DNA of 43,080 nucleotides from a virus (lineage: Duplodnaviria > Caudoviricetes): positions 1 to 43,080 of IMG/VR virus record IMGVR_UViG_3300025513_000015; one strand, given 5' to 3'. The translations under genes were made by a program, and so were the position numbers. The notes below the pieces were generated by a model, which saw only the letters and a program-made list of their open reading frames with translations, had not been told where the DNA came from and made no database searches. Below, piece after piece: positions 17,616 through 27,029 of the stretch. Position 1 is the first letter of the stretch, and each line of letters begins with the position of its first letter.

Positions 17616-18302
17616 ATGATAACCTCTGCTATTAATACCCATATACTTAATAATAAAAATATTATTAAAAAAGCAACTAATATTTTTGCTTTTTGTAAAG
17701 CCACAAAGCAATTAATTAAAAATTCTGTTGTTACAAAAAATGCAAATAGAACTTTAAATTTTTTAGAAATAAAACATCCTTACATAGAATCTTTAATTAA
17801 AGATTTAGAAGAAGAATTTTATAATAACCCTTATGATATACCTAAAGGTGAACAGTTAAAAATTTTAAAAAATTTCCCCTATTCTATTTCTTACATACAT
17901 GTCATAGAATTTTTAGAGGAAGGTTATGAATTAATTCATAATAATGAGTTAACAGAAGATTTAACTATAGTAATGGGTTTAAATAAATGGAAGCCAGGAA
18001 ATACTTTTCAACTAAGCTTTAAAAAGCAAAGTGTTAAATATCCTTTTCAATTTGAGGAAGGTTTTGCAGTTGTGTTTAAATCTTCTACCGCAAGAGAAGT
18101 TTTAAAAGTAAAGGCTCCAGGAGATAAAATGCTGGTAATATCACTTGTAAAAGATTTATCTAAATCAGATATAATGAAGAAAAGGCTTAAAAAATTATCT
18201 TTAATAAGAAAAGAAGAGATAGCAAATAATGCCTTGAATAGTAGAGGAAAATTTAGTAGATTTTGGAGAGGTTTAAAAAATGGCATCAACATATTCAGAT
18301 AG
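17616..18302 (+). CDS. Degenerate 2OG-Fe(II) oxygenase-like protein
   Basis: DSBH-like order YIHVIEF..EGYELIHNN..TEDLTIVMGLN..GNT..EGFAVVFKS, but the metal ligands are altered. Confidence 0.5.
   Translation: MITSAINTHILNNKNIIKKATNIFAFCKATKQLIKNSVVTKNANRTLNFLEIKHPYIESLIKDLEEEFYNNPYDIPKGEQLKILKNFPYSISYIHVIEFLEEGYELIHNNELTEDLTIVMGLNKWKPGNTFQLSFKKQSVKYPFQFEEGFAVVFKSSTAREVLKVKAPGDKMLVISLVKDLSKSDIMKKRLKKLSLIRKEEIANNALNSRGKFSRFWRGLKNGINIFR
18234..18262 (+). promoter_or_regulatory. Putative sigma70-like promoter for the tail fibre gene
   Basis: TTGAAT - 17 nt - TAGATT, then GGAGAGG SD and ATG 18280. Confidence 0.5.
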
Positions 18303-19656
18303 TTTAAAACTAGAACTCATGGAAACAGGCGCTAATGCGGCTACATGGGGAACAAATACAAATACAAATTTAGAAGTTCTTGACGCTTTTGCTCAAGGTT
18401 ACGTATCAAAATCAGTAGCGGGTTCTGCTGATGTTACATTAACTACAGGTAATGCAGATCCTGACGCTGAATCAGCAAATAAAGTTATTGAACTTACAGG
18501 CGCTTTAACAGGTGCTATTTCAGTTTTAATTCCAGCTGTTACAGGTGGAAGTGAATATCTTATTTATAACAATACATCAGGAGCTTATGCTCTTACAATC
18601 GCAGCAACAGGACACGTAGCTAATGGTGTTGTAGTTACTCAAGGTGCTTACTCAAGAGTTTATTGTGATGGCACTGCTAATTTTAATGTAGCAGTTTCTA
18701 CTTCTGTTTTAGGTGCCGTCAATACAAAAGGTGCTTTTATAGCTGATAGTACAGCCGAGTTTAATTCTACTGTTTCCTTAGATGCGGGAGCAACTGTCAC
18801 TGCTGGTCAAAATTTAACTGCTGGTTCAGGGGCTATCAATCTTTATTCAAACGGAGTAGCAACAGCTACAACTTTTTCAGGCTCAGGAGCTAGTTTAACA
18901 AATCTTCCAGCAGCAAACTTAGCTGGAACAATTGCAAATATTTCAGGTGCAAATCTTACAACATTAAACGCAGCTAATGTATCTTCAGGAACATTAAGTT
19001 CAGATCGTCTCGACACTGTACCTACAACTAAAGGTGGAACAGGTCTAACAAGTCTTGGTTCTGCGGGACAAGTTTTAACTGTAACGGCTCCAGGCACTGC
19101 GGTTGCTTATGAATCTATTTCAGCGGGTGGTAATTATACTATGAGCGTTTTTACAGGTAGTGGAACTTATACTAAACCAGCTGGATTAGCGGCGTTAAGA
19201 GTAAGAGTTTTAGGTGGCGGCGGTGGCGGTGGGGGAAATAATCCTCCAGGTAACACTCCAAGGCCTGGCGCTGGCGGCGGTTTAGGTGAAAAAAGTATTC
19301 AAGCTGGTACTGTAGATGCTACTGAAACTGTAACTGTCGGTGGTGGCGGTGGCGGTGGCAGTGGTCGAAGTAGCGGTAGCAGTGGTGGAACATCTTCTTT
19401 TGGTTCCCATGTATCTGCTTCAGGTGGCGGTGGCGGTGGCAGTGGTCCTGCAATTGGTTTGCACGGAACTGGTGGAGTAGGCTCAGGTGGCGATTTTAAT
19501 ATGGGTGGCTTTTATCTTCAAAGTAGTGCTTTGTCAGGAAGAAGGAATACTACTTCAGGTCTTGGTAACTCAGGAACTGGTGGCCATGCTCCTAATTATT
19601 ATTCTACTGGTCAAGGTGGAGACTCTGGAATAGTTATTGTAGAGGAGTTTAGTTAG
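18280..19656 (+). CDS. Tail fibre protein with C-terminal glycine-rich domain
   Basis: MASTYS.LKLELM.TG.N..TWG..TN.NL N-terminus; FTGSGTYTKP..VRVLGGGGGG...GG.SGIVIVEEF Gly-rich domain. Confidence 0.8.
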   Translation: MASTYSDSLKLELMETGANAATWGTNTNTNLEVLDAFAQGYVSKSVAGSADVTLTTGNADPDAESANKVIELTGALTGAISVLIPAVTGGSEYLIYNNTSGAYALTIAATGHVANGVVVTQGAYSRVYCDGTANFNVAVSTSVLGAVNTKGAFIADSTAEFNSTVSLDAGATVTAGQNLTAGSGAINLYSNGVATATTFSGSGASLTNLPAANLAGTIANISGANLTTLNAANVSSGTLSSDRLDTVPTTKGGTGLTSLGSAGQVLTVTAPGTAVAYESISAGGNYTMSVFTGSGTYTKPAGLAALRVRVLGGGGGGGGNNPPGNTPRPGAGGGLGEKSIQAGTVDATETVTVGGGGGGGSGRSSGSSGGTSSFGSHVSASGGGGGGSGPAIGLHGTGGVGSGGDFNMGGFYLQSSALSGRRNTTSGLGNSGTGGHAPNYYSTGQGGDSGIVIVEEFS

Positions 19657-19893
19657 ATGAAAGCTTTAATTTCAATAAATGATACAATTACAGATTATGA
19701 AGGTACTGAAGGACAAAGACTTCTCGATATAGTAGAAAATGATGCAACATTTCCTGTTTATAGTGATATGTCTTGGATAGATTGTCCTGGCGTAGCTGAT
19801 GGTGCTGATGCCTCAGTTATTGGTAATTATCAATCTCAGTATTGGTATAAAGACAATGCCTTTAGCTTAATTCCTGTAGACCCTGAATTATAA
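19657..19893 (+). CDS. Small acidic protein, possible tail fibre chaperone
   Basis: GAGGAG SD; directly follows the tail fibre; FPV...WIDC motif. Confidence 0.65.
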   Translation: MKALISINDTITDYEGTEGQRLLDIVENDATFPVYSDMSWIDCPGVADGADASVIGNYQSQYWYKDNAFSLIPVDPEL

Positions 19894-21027
19894 GTGAACT
19901 CTCAAACTAACTCTGAAATTTTTCAAGAAAAAGGGTTTATTTTTTGTCCTGAATTATTAAATGTAGAGGTAGCTGACGAAGTATCTAATGAACTTCAAAG
20001 ACTAATAGATGAGGGACATTCTAAAAAAGATTGGCAGTGCCCCCTTTCTCATTCTATAAATGGAGCTCCTGTTTTAGATAGTCTATTAGAACAACTTACT
20101 CCTATATTTTCTGAAATAACAGGACTAGCATTATATCCTTCTTTTTGTTATGCAAGAAAATACGCAAAAGGCGATGAATTAAAAATACACACGGATAGAC
20201 CAGCGTGTGAAATCACTGCAACAATTAATTTAAAATTTAAAGGGGAACAGTGGCCTATTTATGTAGGTACAAAAAAAGATAAAAGTGATGCTTTAAAAGT
20301 AGATATGAATGTAGGGGACGCTCTTCTTTTTAGAGGTCTTGATATTCCTCATTGGAGAGAAAAATACACTGAAGGAGAATGGCAATTTCAAGTCTTTGTT
20401 CATTACGTCAACACTAAAGGCCCTCATGCTGAATGGAAATACGACAAAAAAGGAAAATTACTTCATCATGAAGAAGATAATTCTTTATTAACTGTTTACA
20501 GCAGTGTTAACAAAGCCTTTAGTTCTGAAAGCTGTGATAAAATTATTAAACAGTGTGAAGCTCAATCTTTAGAAGAGTGCCTTATAGGGAATGAGGTCAC
20601 AACTCTTCAAAAAACAGTTAGAGATTCAAAAAAGCTCAAGTTACCTAATGATATAGGTATTGGGGCTACATTAACAGGAATAGGTTTTCAAGCAAATGCG
20701 TACAAATGGAAGTTTAATGTAACAGAAAGTAATCAAACAGAATTTTTAAAGTATGATAAGAACGGTCATTTTTCCTCACATATAGATACATTTCTTCTAG
20801 ACGTTGATAATACTAAATCAAGAAAAATTAGTGTTATTCTTTTTCTCAATGATGACTTTGAAGGAGGTAAGTTTTTTATAGATGAAGGTTATGGTAAATT
20901 CTACCCTAAACAACAAAAAGGAGACATAGTTGTTTTTCCTTCTTTTTTACTTCACGGAGTAGAACCAGTCACTTCTGGCATAAGAAGATCTTTAATTACT
21001 TGGCTTGTAGGACCTTACTTTAAATAA
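19894..21027 (+). CDS. Tandem two-domain 2OG-Fe(II) oxygenase (C-terminal prolyl-4-hydroxylase-like)
   Basis: Domain 1 HTDRPACE...HWRE...VFVHY; domain 2 HID...RKISVILFLN..FEGG...FPSFLLHGVEPVTSGIRRSL. Confidence 0.85.
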   Translation: MNSQTNSEIFQEKGFIFCPELLNVEVADEVSNELQRLIDEGHSKKDWQCPLSHSINGAPVLDSLLEQLTPIFSEITGLALYPSFCYARKYAKGDELKIHTDRPACEITATINLKFKGEQWPIYVGTKKDKSDALKVDMNVGDALLFRGLDIPHWREKYTEGEWQFQVFVHYVNTKGPHAEWKYDKKGKLLHHEEDNSLLTVYSSVNKAFSSESCDKIIKQCEAQSLEECLIGNEVTTLQKTVRDSKKLKLPNDIGIGATLTGIGFQANAYKWKFNVTESNQTEFLKYDKNGHFSSHIDTFLLDVDNTKSRKISVILFLNDDFEGGKFFIDEGYGKFYPKQQKGDIVVFPSFLLHGVEPVTSGIRRSLITWLVGPYFK

Positions 21028-21034
21028 TTAATTT

Positions 21035-21562
21035 ATGATTAAAGTTATTAATAATTTTTTGTTCTACGGCTCTGACGTGTATAAATTATGTAAAAGTATG
21101 AAACTTTTTGATGCAAAAACTTTTAATGAGACTTTTAATGCAAAACAAATATGGCCTGGCTATCGTTCAGAAGATTTTCGATCCTGTGTTCCTTTTTTAT
21201 ATATTTATTTATTAGACTTAATAAAGATTAAATTTGAACTTAATATGGAAGAATACGAAAAAATTGAAATGTATACACATTTAAGATTAAAAGAAGATGA
21301 AGAAAAAGATTGGAAACATATAGATGAGAGTGACACAGTTATTATTAATTTATCTCCCACTAACTTATCTTCAGGCACACATTTTTATAATGAATCAGAA
21401 GATTTAATTAATACATTTTTTTTTAATCAATCAAATGCGGTGTATTTTAAAGAAGGAATATTACATAGTGCCTTTGGTCATCATGGTTCTTCAATTGAAG
21501 ATGGAAGATACACAATCAATATTTTTCTTAAAAAATTTCATAGATGGAAGAAAAAAGGATAA
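21035..21562 (+). CDS. 2OG-Fe(II) oxygenase-like protein
   Basis: WPGYRS; HID...SGT.FY...LHS...GR.TINIF. Confidence 0.7.
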   Translation: MIKVINNFLFYGSDVYKLCKSMKLFDAKTFNETFNAKQIWPGYRSEDFRSCVPFLYIYLLDLIKIKFELNMEEYEKIEMYTHLRLKEDEEKDWKHIDESDTVIINLSPTNLSSGTHFYNESEDLINTFFFNQSNAVYFKEGILHSAFGHHGSSIEDGRYTINIFLKKFHRWKKKG

Positions 21563-21604
21563 AAACAGGCTTTAAAAGTTAAATTTCTATAGTATAGTCA
21601 TTAA

Positions 21605-23440
21605 ATGCCACTCGTTAATTTCACAATAAAACCAGGCGTAAATAAGGAAGTTACAGACTACACGGGCCAAGGTCAGTGGGTCGATTCTGATAATGTACGT
21701 TTTTTTCAAAGTCTTCCTCAAAAAATAGGGGGATGGACTAAGTTCGTAGCTACTTATCTAGTAGGTGTAGCCAGAGCAATTCATGGATGGATTTCTTTAG
21801 ATGGAACAAGATATTTATCTTTTGGTACGGATAGAAAATTATATGTTTATACAGAGGGTGTCACTTATGACATTACTCCGATTAGAGAGACAGAAGTCTT
21901 AACCAATCCTTTTACAACAGCTTCTGGCAACGCGACAGTGACAGTAGCTGATACAGCTCATGGAGCTCTTCTAGGAGACTTTGTTACTTATACAGGAGCC
22001 TCAACTGTCGACAGTTTAGATTTTAATCAAGAATTTCAAATACAAAGTATTGTTAATACCGCAGCTTATACTATTGCTTTTACAGATGGCTCTACAGCTT
22101 CAGGCACAACTGCTGGCGGTGGAGGAACAGTCACAGCTAATTATCAAATTAATATTGGACCAACACTATCTGAATTTGGTTATGGTTGGGGAACAGGAAC
22201 TTGGGGTGAAAGTACTTATGGCAGTCCTCGTACAACTTCCAATACAACCATTGCCGCTCGACAATTGTCCATGGACAATTTTGGTGAAGATTTAATTATC
22301 ACTATTTTAAATGGTGGAACTTATCGATGGGATTTATCAGGGGGCGTTGGAACAAGAGCTGCTGCCGTGCCTAATGCACCTACCTTATCTAGATTAAATT
22401 TAGTCTCCACACCTGACAGACACTTACTTTTATTTGGAACACAGACAACGATTGGAGGAGTTAATCCTCAAGATGATTTACTCATTAGATTTTCTGACCA
22501 AGAAAATATTGAAACCTATGCACCGACCGCAGAAAACACTGCTGGTTCATTGAGAATTGCCGACGGCTCACGGATCGTGGGAGCTGCAAGATCAAGAGGT
22601 GCTATTATGGTTTGGACAGACACAGCTTTGCATTCCTTACAATTTATTGGTCCTCCTTTTACTTTTGGTCTAAGACAACTTGGTCAAAGTTGCGGATTAC
22701 TAGCACAACATGCAGCGATTGATATTAATGGTAATTCTTATTGGATGTCTCAAAGTTCTTTTTATGTCTTTGATGGTTCGGTTAAAAAACTACCTTGCAC
22801 AGTAGAACAGGCTGTCTTTGGTAATATTAGTTTAACAGCTTCAGAAAATGCTTATGTAGGACACAATGATGAATTTAATGAAATCACATGGTTTTATGCT
22901 ACAAGTGGCTCCGATCAAATTGATACACAAGTAACTTATAACTATGTAGAAAATACTTGGTGGACAGGGAGTTTAGACAGGACCACTTGGATAGATAGAG
23001 AAATTTATCAGATTCCTATTGCCACAAATTATTCCTCTACTGCTTATGGCAATGTATCTACAATTCAAGGACTTACAGATGGAGCAAGTATTGTGTATCA
23101 ACACGAAACAGGTAATGATGCGGACGGAACAGCTATCACAGCTTTCTTAAAATCAGGCGCGGTAAGTATCACTGAAGGGGAAGATTTTTCTTTTGTAAAA
23201 AGATATATCCCTGATGTTCAAAATCAAAGTGGAACACTTAATATGGACTTACAATTTCTTACTTATCCCAATGATTCTAATGTTGTAACAAAAAGCTCAA
23301 GCTTTACTTCTTCTACAGATAAAGTAGATTTAAGGGGACGTGGTAGACAATTCACAGCAAACATTGTTTCTAATACAACAGGCACAGCCTGGAGACTTGG
23401 AACTATAAGATTTGATATACAACCTGATGGTAGAAGATAA
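21605..23440 (+). CDS. Tail/DNA stabilisation protein (functionally P22 gp10-like nozzle)
   Basis: 611 aa, beta-propeller-like; W.D.DNVRF...KIGGW, IRFSDQE, ending DIQPDGRR. Confidence 0.7.
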   Translation: MPLVNFTIKPGVNKEVTDYTGQGQWVDSDNVRFFQSLPQKIGGWTKFVATYLVGVARAIHGWISLDGTRYLSFGTDRKLYVYTEGVTYDITPIRETEVLTNPFTTASGNATVTVADTAHGALLGDFVTYTGASTVDSLDFNQEFQIQSIVNTAAYTIAFTDGSTASGTTAGGGGTVTANYQINIGPTLSEFGYGWGTGTWGESTYGSPRTTSNTTIAARQLSMDNFGEDLIITILNGGTYRWDLSGGVGTRAAAVPNAPTLSRLNLVSTPDRHLLLFGTQTTIGGVNPQDDLLIRFSDQENIETYAPTAENTAGSLRIADGSRIVGAARSRGAIMVWTDTALHSLQFIGPPFTFGLRQLGQSCGLLAQHAAIDINGNSYWMSQSSFYVFDGSVKKLPCTVEQAVFGNISLTASENAYVGHNDEFNEITWFYATSGSDQIDTQVTYNYVENTWWTGSLDRTTWIDREIYQIPIATNYSSTAYGNVSTIQGLTDGASIVYQHETGNDADGTAITAFLKSGAVSITEGEDFSFVKRYIPDVQNQSGTLNMDLQFLTYPNDSNVVTKSSSFTSSTDKVDLRGRGRQFTANIVSNTTGTAWRLGTIRFDIQPDGRR

Positions 23441-23447
23441 TAAATAG

Positions 23448-23984
23448 TTGACTGACTTAAAAATTAAAGAGTATATTTTTAGCACTAGCTTTTATGAAAT
23501 ATATACCCATTTTAATGAAGAAAAAATTAAAGAATACGTAAAAAAATTAAATTATCAAGAAAGGGATAATTGTAAAACTACATATTATTCAAATGAAAAA
23601 TTAATTGTAGAAGATTCTTTAAAAGAGTTTATGGAGCATATATCTAAACATGTATTGGTTTATGTTACACAAATACAAAATAAAACAAATTTTTCTTTTA
23701 TTGATTGTTGGTTTCAAATTTACAACTACGAACATAACCATGAGGTTCACACTCATGGCATAAATCTCAAGGAGTATTCTTTAATTTATTATATGCAATC
23801 TTCTGTAGACTCAGGAGCCACTAGATTTTATCCTCCAGGTTTTCCTTACATTGATTATGGCAATATTGATATAAGGGCAGAAGATAACAAATTAGTTATA
23901 TTTCCTAGTTATTTAGCTCATCAAGCTTTACCTAATAAAGATAAAGAAAGAATTATTTTTTCTGCTAATTTTACGATAGAATAA
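23448..23984 (+). CDS. 2OG-Fe(II) oxygenase (TIGR02466-like)
   Basis: WFQIY...HEVHTH...IFPSYLAH...RIIFSAN. Confidence 0.8.
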   Translation: MTDLKIKEYIFSTSFYEIYTHFNEEKIKEYVKKLNYQERDNCKTTYYSNEKLIVEDSLKEFMEHISKHVLVYVTQIQNKTNFSFIDCWFQIYNYEHNHEVHTHGINLKEYSLIYYMQSSVDSGATRFYPPGFPYIDYGNIDIRAEDNKLVIFPSYLAHQALPNKDKERIIFSANFTIE

Positions 23985-23987
23985 ATC

Positions 23988-24155
23988 ATGGCAAAATTAA
24001 CCTTACAAAGATTCCCTGATCCACCTCAAAGTTATGATCCACGTAACTTTTATGAGTTAGTCAGACAGTTGGAACAGTTAATTCAATTATTAAACAGTTC
24101 TTATACTCAACAAACTCAAGAAGAAGCAACAAGAAGAACTTGGTTTTTAGCATGA
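23988..24155 (+). CDS. Small protein (55 aa, MAKLTLQRFPDPPQSYDPRNFYELVRQLEQLIQLLNSSYTQQTQEEATRRTWFLA)
   Basis: Manually translated; fills the gap; P.P..Y plus amphipathic helix. Confidence 0.7.
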   Translation: MAKLTLQRFPDPPQSYDPRNFYELVRQLEQLIQLLNSSYTQQTQEEATRRTWFLA

Positions 24156-24256
24156 CCTTTTTAATTTGGCATTTATTAGCTATCTGTGTTGTGATAGGGT
24201 TATCTTTTATAATGGGATTTATTACAGGAAAAAAACATGGCAGACGCATTTATTAG
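24152..24256 (+). CDS. Small membrane peptide (34 aa, MTFLIWHLLAICVVIGLSFIMGFITGKKHGRRIY)
   Basis: Manually translated; ATGA coupling; one TM helix with basic tail. Confidence 0.55.
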   Translation: MTFLIWHLLAICVVIGLSFIMGFITGKKHGRRIY

Positions 24257-24590
24257 ATTTGTACAAACAGCTCCTAACACAGCGGTCAATACACTTTTCA
24301 CTGTCCCTGTGGTGGATCTTGCAGCGACTCCTCCTGTTCCTGTAACAACCTATATTGTGAAAACTATTATTCTACATAACTCCGCTGGTTCAGGAACCGT
24401 TAATGTAAAATTAACACATAATGATGGCGTGGTAGATGTAGAGATAAATAATATAGATGTAGCTCACGGAACTACTCAACAACTTAATGGCCCTTATGTT
24501 TATCAAGCGGGTGACTCTTTGAAGTATGAAGCTGACGCTACTGATTTAAGTTTAGATGTTTCTGTTTTAGAAATTAAGAATCAGCTTTAG
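24237..24590 (+). CDS. Putative virion structural protein
   Basis: LFTVP...IVKTI..N...GDSL...VSVLEI beta-sandwich pattern. Confidence 0.7.
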   Translation: MADAFIRFVQTAPNTAVNTLFTVPVVDLAATPPVPVTTYIVKTIILHNSAGSGTVNVKLTHNDGVVDVEINNIDVAHGTTQQLNGPYVYQAGDSLKYEADATDLSLDVSVLEIKNQL

Positions 24591-25213
24591 ACTTTTAAAA
24601 AAGTTAGGGAGTTCTCTTGACCTAAAATACCTTTTACAAACACATTAAAAGCCAAACTTATTCTGGTATTAGTTCCTTTTTTGTAGTCTACATTATGTTC
24701 TAGTGTAGAAGGAAATAAAAATACATTCCCTGTTTCAGTAGGAAGAGCCCAAGATTTTGAATTCCAATCATTAAACTCCGTAACTTTTAATTCGAGTTGT
24801 TGACAATAGTTTGGTTTAACAAAACTAATCTTATCATTTTCTTTGTCCACCTCTATATAAAAAACTCCAGACACTAATGAGTTAGGATGACTATGAGGGT
24901 GATGAAATTGATTAACTTGCGTGTAGTTTAACCAAGACTGAGTAATGTAGGGTTCTACATCAGCAGCTTTCAAAACTTCTTTAAAATAATACTTAATCTC
25001 TTTTTCTAATTCTTTTTTTATGTGAATAAATTCTTCTTTTTCAAGGATATAAGAATCTTTTGATCTGATATTACCTGTAGATAAAAAACAATCTTCTTTT
25101 ATTTTTTTAACAAAATCTAATTCTTTTTTTGTAAGGATTATTCCAGTAGTTGAGATATAAATAGGTGTTGGAAATAAATTAACAACATTGCGTTTTACTT
25201 TTATTTCTACCAT
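24587..25213 (-). CDS. 2OG-Fe(II) oxygenase (TIGR02466-like)
   Basis: LFPTPIY...QSWLN...HHPHSHPNSLVSGVFY...LFPSTLEH.V...RISLAFN. Confidence 0.9.
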   Translation of the reverse strand: MVEIKVKRNVVNLFPTPIYISTTGIILTKKELDFVKKIKEDCFLSTGNIRSKDSYILEKEEFIHIKKELEKEIKYYFKEVLKAADVEPYITQSWLNYTQVNQFHHPHSHPNSLVSGVFYIEVDKENDKISFVKPNYCQQLELKVTEFNDWNSKSWALPTETGNVFLFPSTLEHNVDYKKGTNTRISLAFNVFVKGILGQENSLTFLKV

Positions 25214-25223
25214 ATTAGTCTAC

Positions 25224-25832
25224 TTAGAAATCAATCCAAAATCTGTCTTGTCTTGTTTTATGATTAGGGTTCATTGGAAAGCTAATAGACAATCTTTTAT
25301 CTATTGATTGTGCTCTATGATATACTCCAAGAGGTACAAAAACACAGTCACCAGGCTCTAAAATAATTGTAAATTTGTCTTGCACGGTAAATTTTGTTGT
25401 ACCTTCTACCTGGACTATTAAATTATGACACACATCTTTATGCATACCAAAGCCGTCTGTTTCTTTTTCTTCGTTGAGGACTGAAAAAAATATATGTGCG
25501 TCGCAAGAAAATCCAGTAGACCACTCCAAATCAGAAGCGATTTTGTTTATTTTCTTATTTGCTCTACTACAATCATTAATATAACAAACGTGATTTCTTG
25601 TATAGTTGTAGATATCTTGAGTTGATATTACATTAGGTACTGTTTGCCATCCATTAATAACTTTTACTGGTTGACAGTCTATTCCTGTTGCATGAAATCT
25701 ATCTGTACTTAAAGGAGTGTTTAACAAATCAGCTAATTCTTGCCATGAAAAAATATTATTTATTTTACTTTTGTAATAAAAGGGTTTGAGGTTAGCTACC
25801 TCTTTAAAAATCGACTCTTGTATGTTAGTCAA
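25224..25832 (-). CDS. JmjC/cupin-4-like hydroxylase
   Basis: GFGMHKD..NLIVQVEG...LEPGDCVFVPLGVYHRA...RLSISF. Confidence 0.8.
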   Translation of the reverse strand: MTNIQESIFKEVANLKPFYYKSKINNIFSWQELADLLNTPLSTDRFHATGIDCQPVKVINGWQTVPNVISTQDIYNYTRNHVCYINDCSRANKKINKIASDLEWSTGFSCDAHIFFSVLNEEKETDGFGMHKDVCHNLIVQVEGTTKFTVQDKFTIILEPGDCVFVPLGVYHRAQSIDKRLSISFPMNPNHKTRQDRFWIDF

Positions 25833-26679
25833 CTTTAGCTATAACTTTTTCATTTTTTTCAAACTCTTTTAATTCTTTATCATCCATTTTTTTAAACACA
25901 CTTCCTACATGACCAGCGAAAGCCATATTACCAAAGTGTACTAAAGGCGAGGCACAATCTGCCCAAATTTCTCCACCTAAGGATTGCCATAATCTAGAGA
26001 AGTAATAATCTTCTGAAAGATATCTACCATCAGGTTCTCCTTCAAATTTTCCTACACTAAATAAATCATAACAATTTTTAGATTCGTAATTTTTTCCATT
26101 TATAATTTGATCTGTTTTATATTCTTTTTCAGGGAAAGCTTTTATCATTTTTGTAAATACTTCTTTTTTAACTAGCATCATACCTGTCGCTGCTTCATTA
26201 ACTTTACAAAAACCATCTTGCATTCTAATGCCCATGTTGGTATCAAAATTTAAATTATAACCTAAAGATTTCGCTTGTAATTCTGCTTCAGTAATATCTG
26301 GATTTTGTTTCACTGCTGCTATTGTTTGATTCCAATGAATAGCTTTACGAGGATATATTCCACAAGCAATGTCTTTATCTACTTGTACTAATCTTTCCAC
26401 ATTAGAGGGTTGAAAACCTATATCTGAATCAATGAATAATAAATGAGTAGGATCAAATTGCTTATCATCTAGCATCATAGCCACTATAGTATTTCTCGCT
26501 CTCGTAATTAAGGACTCATTGCCCATAGTTTGTACCTTAATTTGTACTCCTGTTTTTGCTGACCAGTATTGTAATTGCATCATACCGTGAAAAGTAGACT
26601 CTGTAAGCATTCCTCCATACATAGGTAATCCTATATATAGCTTATAATTCTTTCCTCTAAGGTCTTCTGTCTTTATCAT
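25825..26679 (-). CDS. GT-A fold glycosyltransferase-like protein
   Basis: NESLITRARN, THLLFIDSDI (DxD), ATGMMLVK, YLSEDYYF, H.G; AGGAG SD. Confidence 0.75.
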   Translation of the reverse strand: MIKTEDLRGKNYKLYIGLPMYGGMLTESTFHGMMQLQYWSAKTGVQIKVQTMGNESLITRARNTIVAMMLDDKQFDPTHLLFIDSDIGFQPSNVERLVQVDKDIACGIYPRKAIHWNQTIAAVKQNPDITEAELQAKSLGYNLNFDTNMGIRMQDGFCKVNEAATGMMLVKKEVFTKMIKAFPEKEYKTDQIINGKNYESKNCYDLFSVGKFEGEPDGRYLSEDYYFSRLWQSLGGEIWADCASPLVHFGNMAFAGHVGSVFKKMDDKELKEFEKNEKVIAKVD

Positions 26680-26777
26680 TTCATCATCTCCTAGTATGCT
26701 AATTTCTTTTATTCATCAGGGTTATTTGCTATCAATCTTATATTGATTTATATTGAAATCAAATATAAAACTATCTA

Positions 26778-27026
26778 ATGGCAAAAATTATAGAAGAAGA
26801 GAAACTTCTTAGATATGATATAGTAAATGGCAAAGAAGTTCCTGTTTATAGCGCTAAAACAGAAACAGTTATTACTAACACTTTAACCGGTGCTGAATAT
26901 AATAGTGAAGAAGAGATGGAAGAGGATATTGCTAATCCTAATACAGCTACAGCGATAGATAGTATTAGAAGAGACGTTGTAATCACTGCTCCAAGACTTT
27001 TAACTGGAAGTGAAATGCCTGAGTAA
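26778..27026 (+). CDS. Hypothetical protein
   Basis: 82 aa; TG.EY.SEEE...D..NP.T; leads the internal-protein module. Confidence 0.7.
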   Translation: MAKIIEEEKLLRYDIVNGKEVPVYSAKTETVITNTLTGAEYNSEEEMEEDIANPNTATAIDSIRRDVVITAPRLLTGSEMPE

Positions 27027-27029
27027 AAT

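Noticed and set aside
19342-19447. 25-nt direct repeat GGTGGCGGTGGCGGTGGCAGTGGTC, considered as DGR TR/VR or recombination site
   Set aside because: Explained by poly-Gly codons; no reverse transcriptase and no adenine-specific mismatches.
24061-24249. - strand 62-aa ORF in an apparent gap
   Set aside because: The gap is tiled by two coupled + strand small ORFs (23988-24155, 24152-24256).
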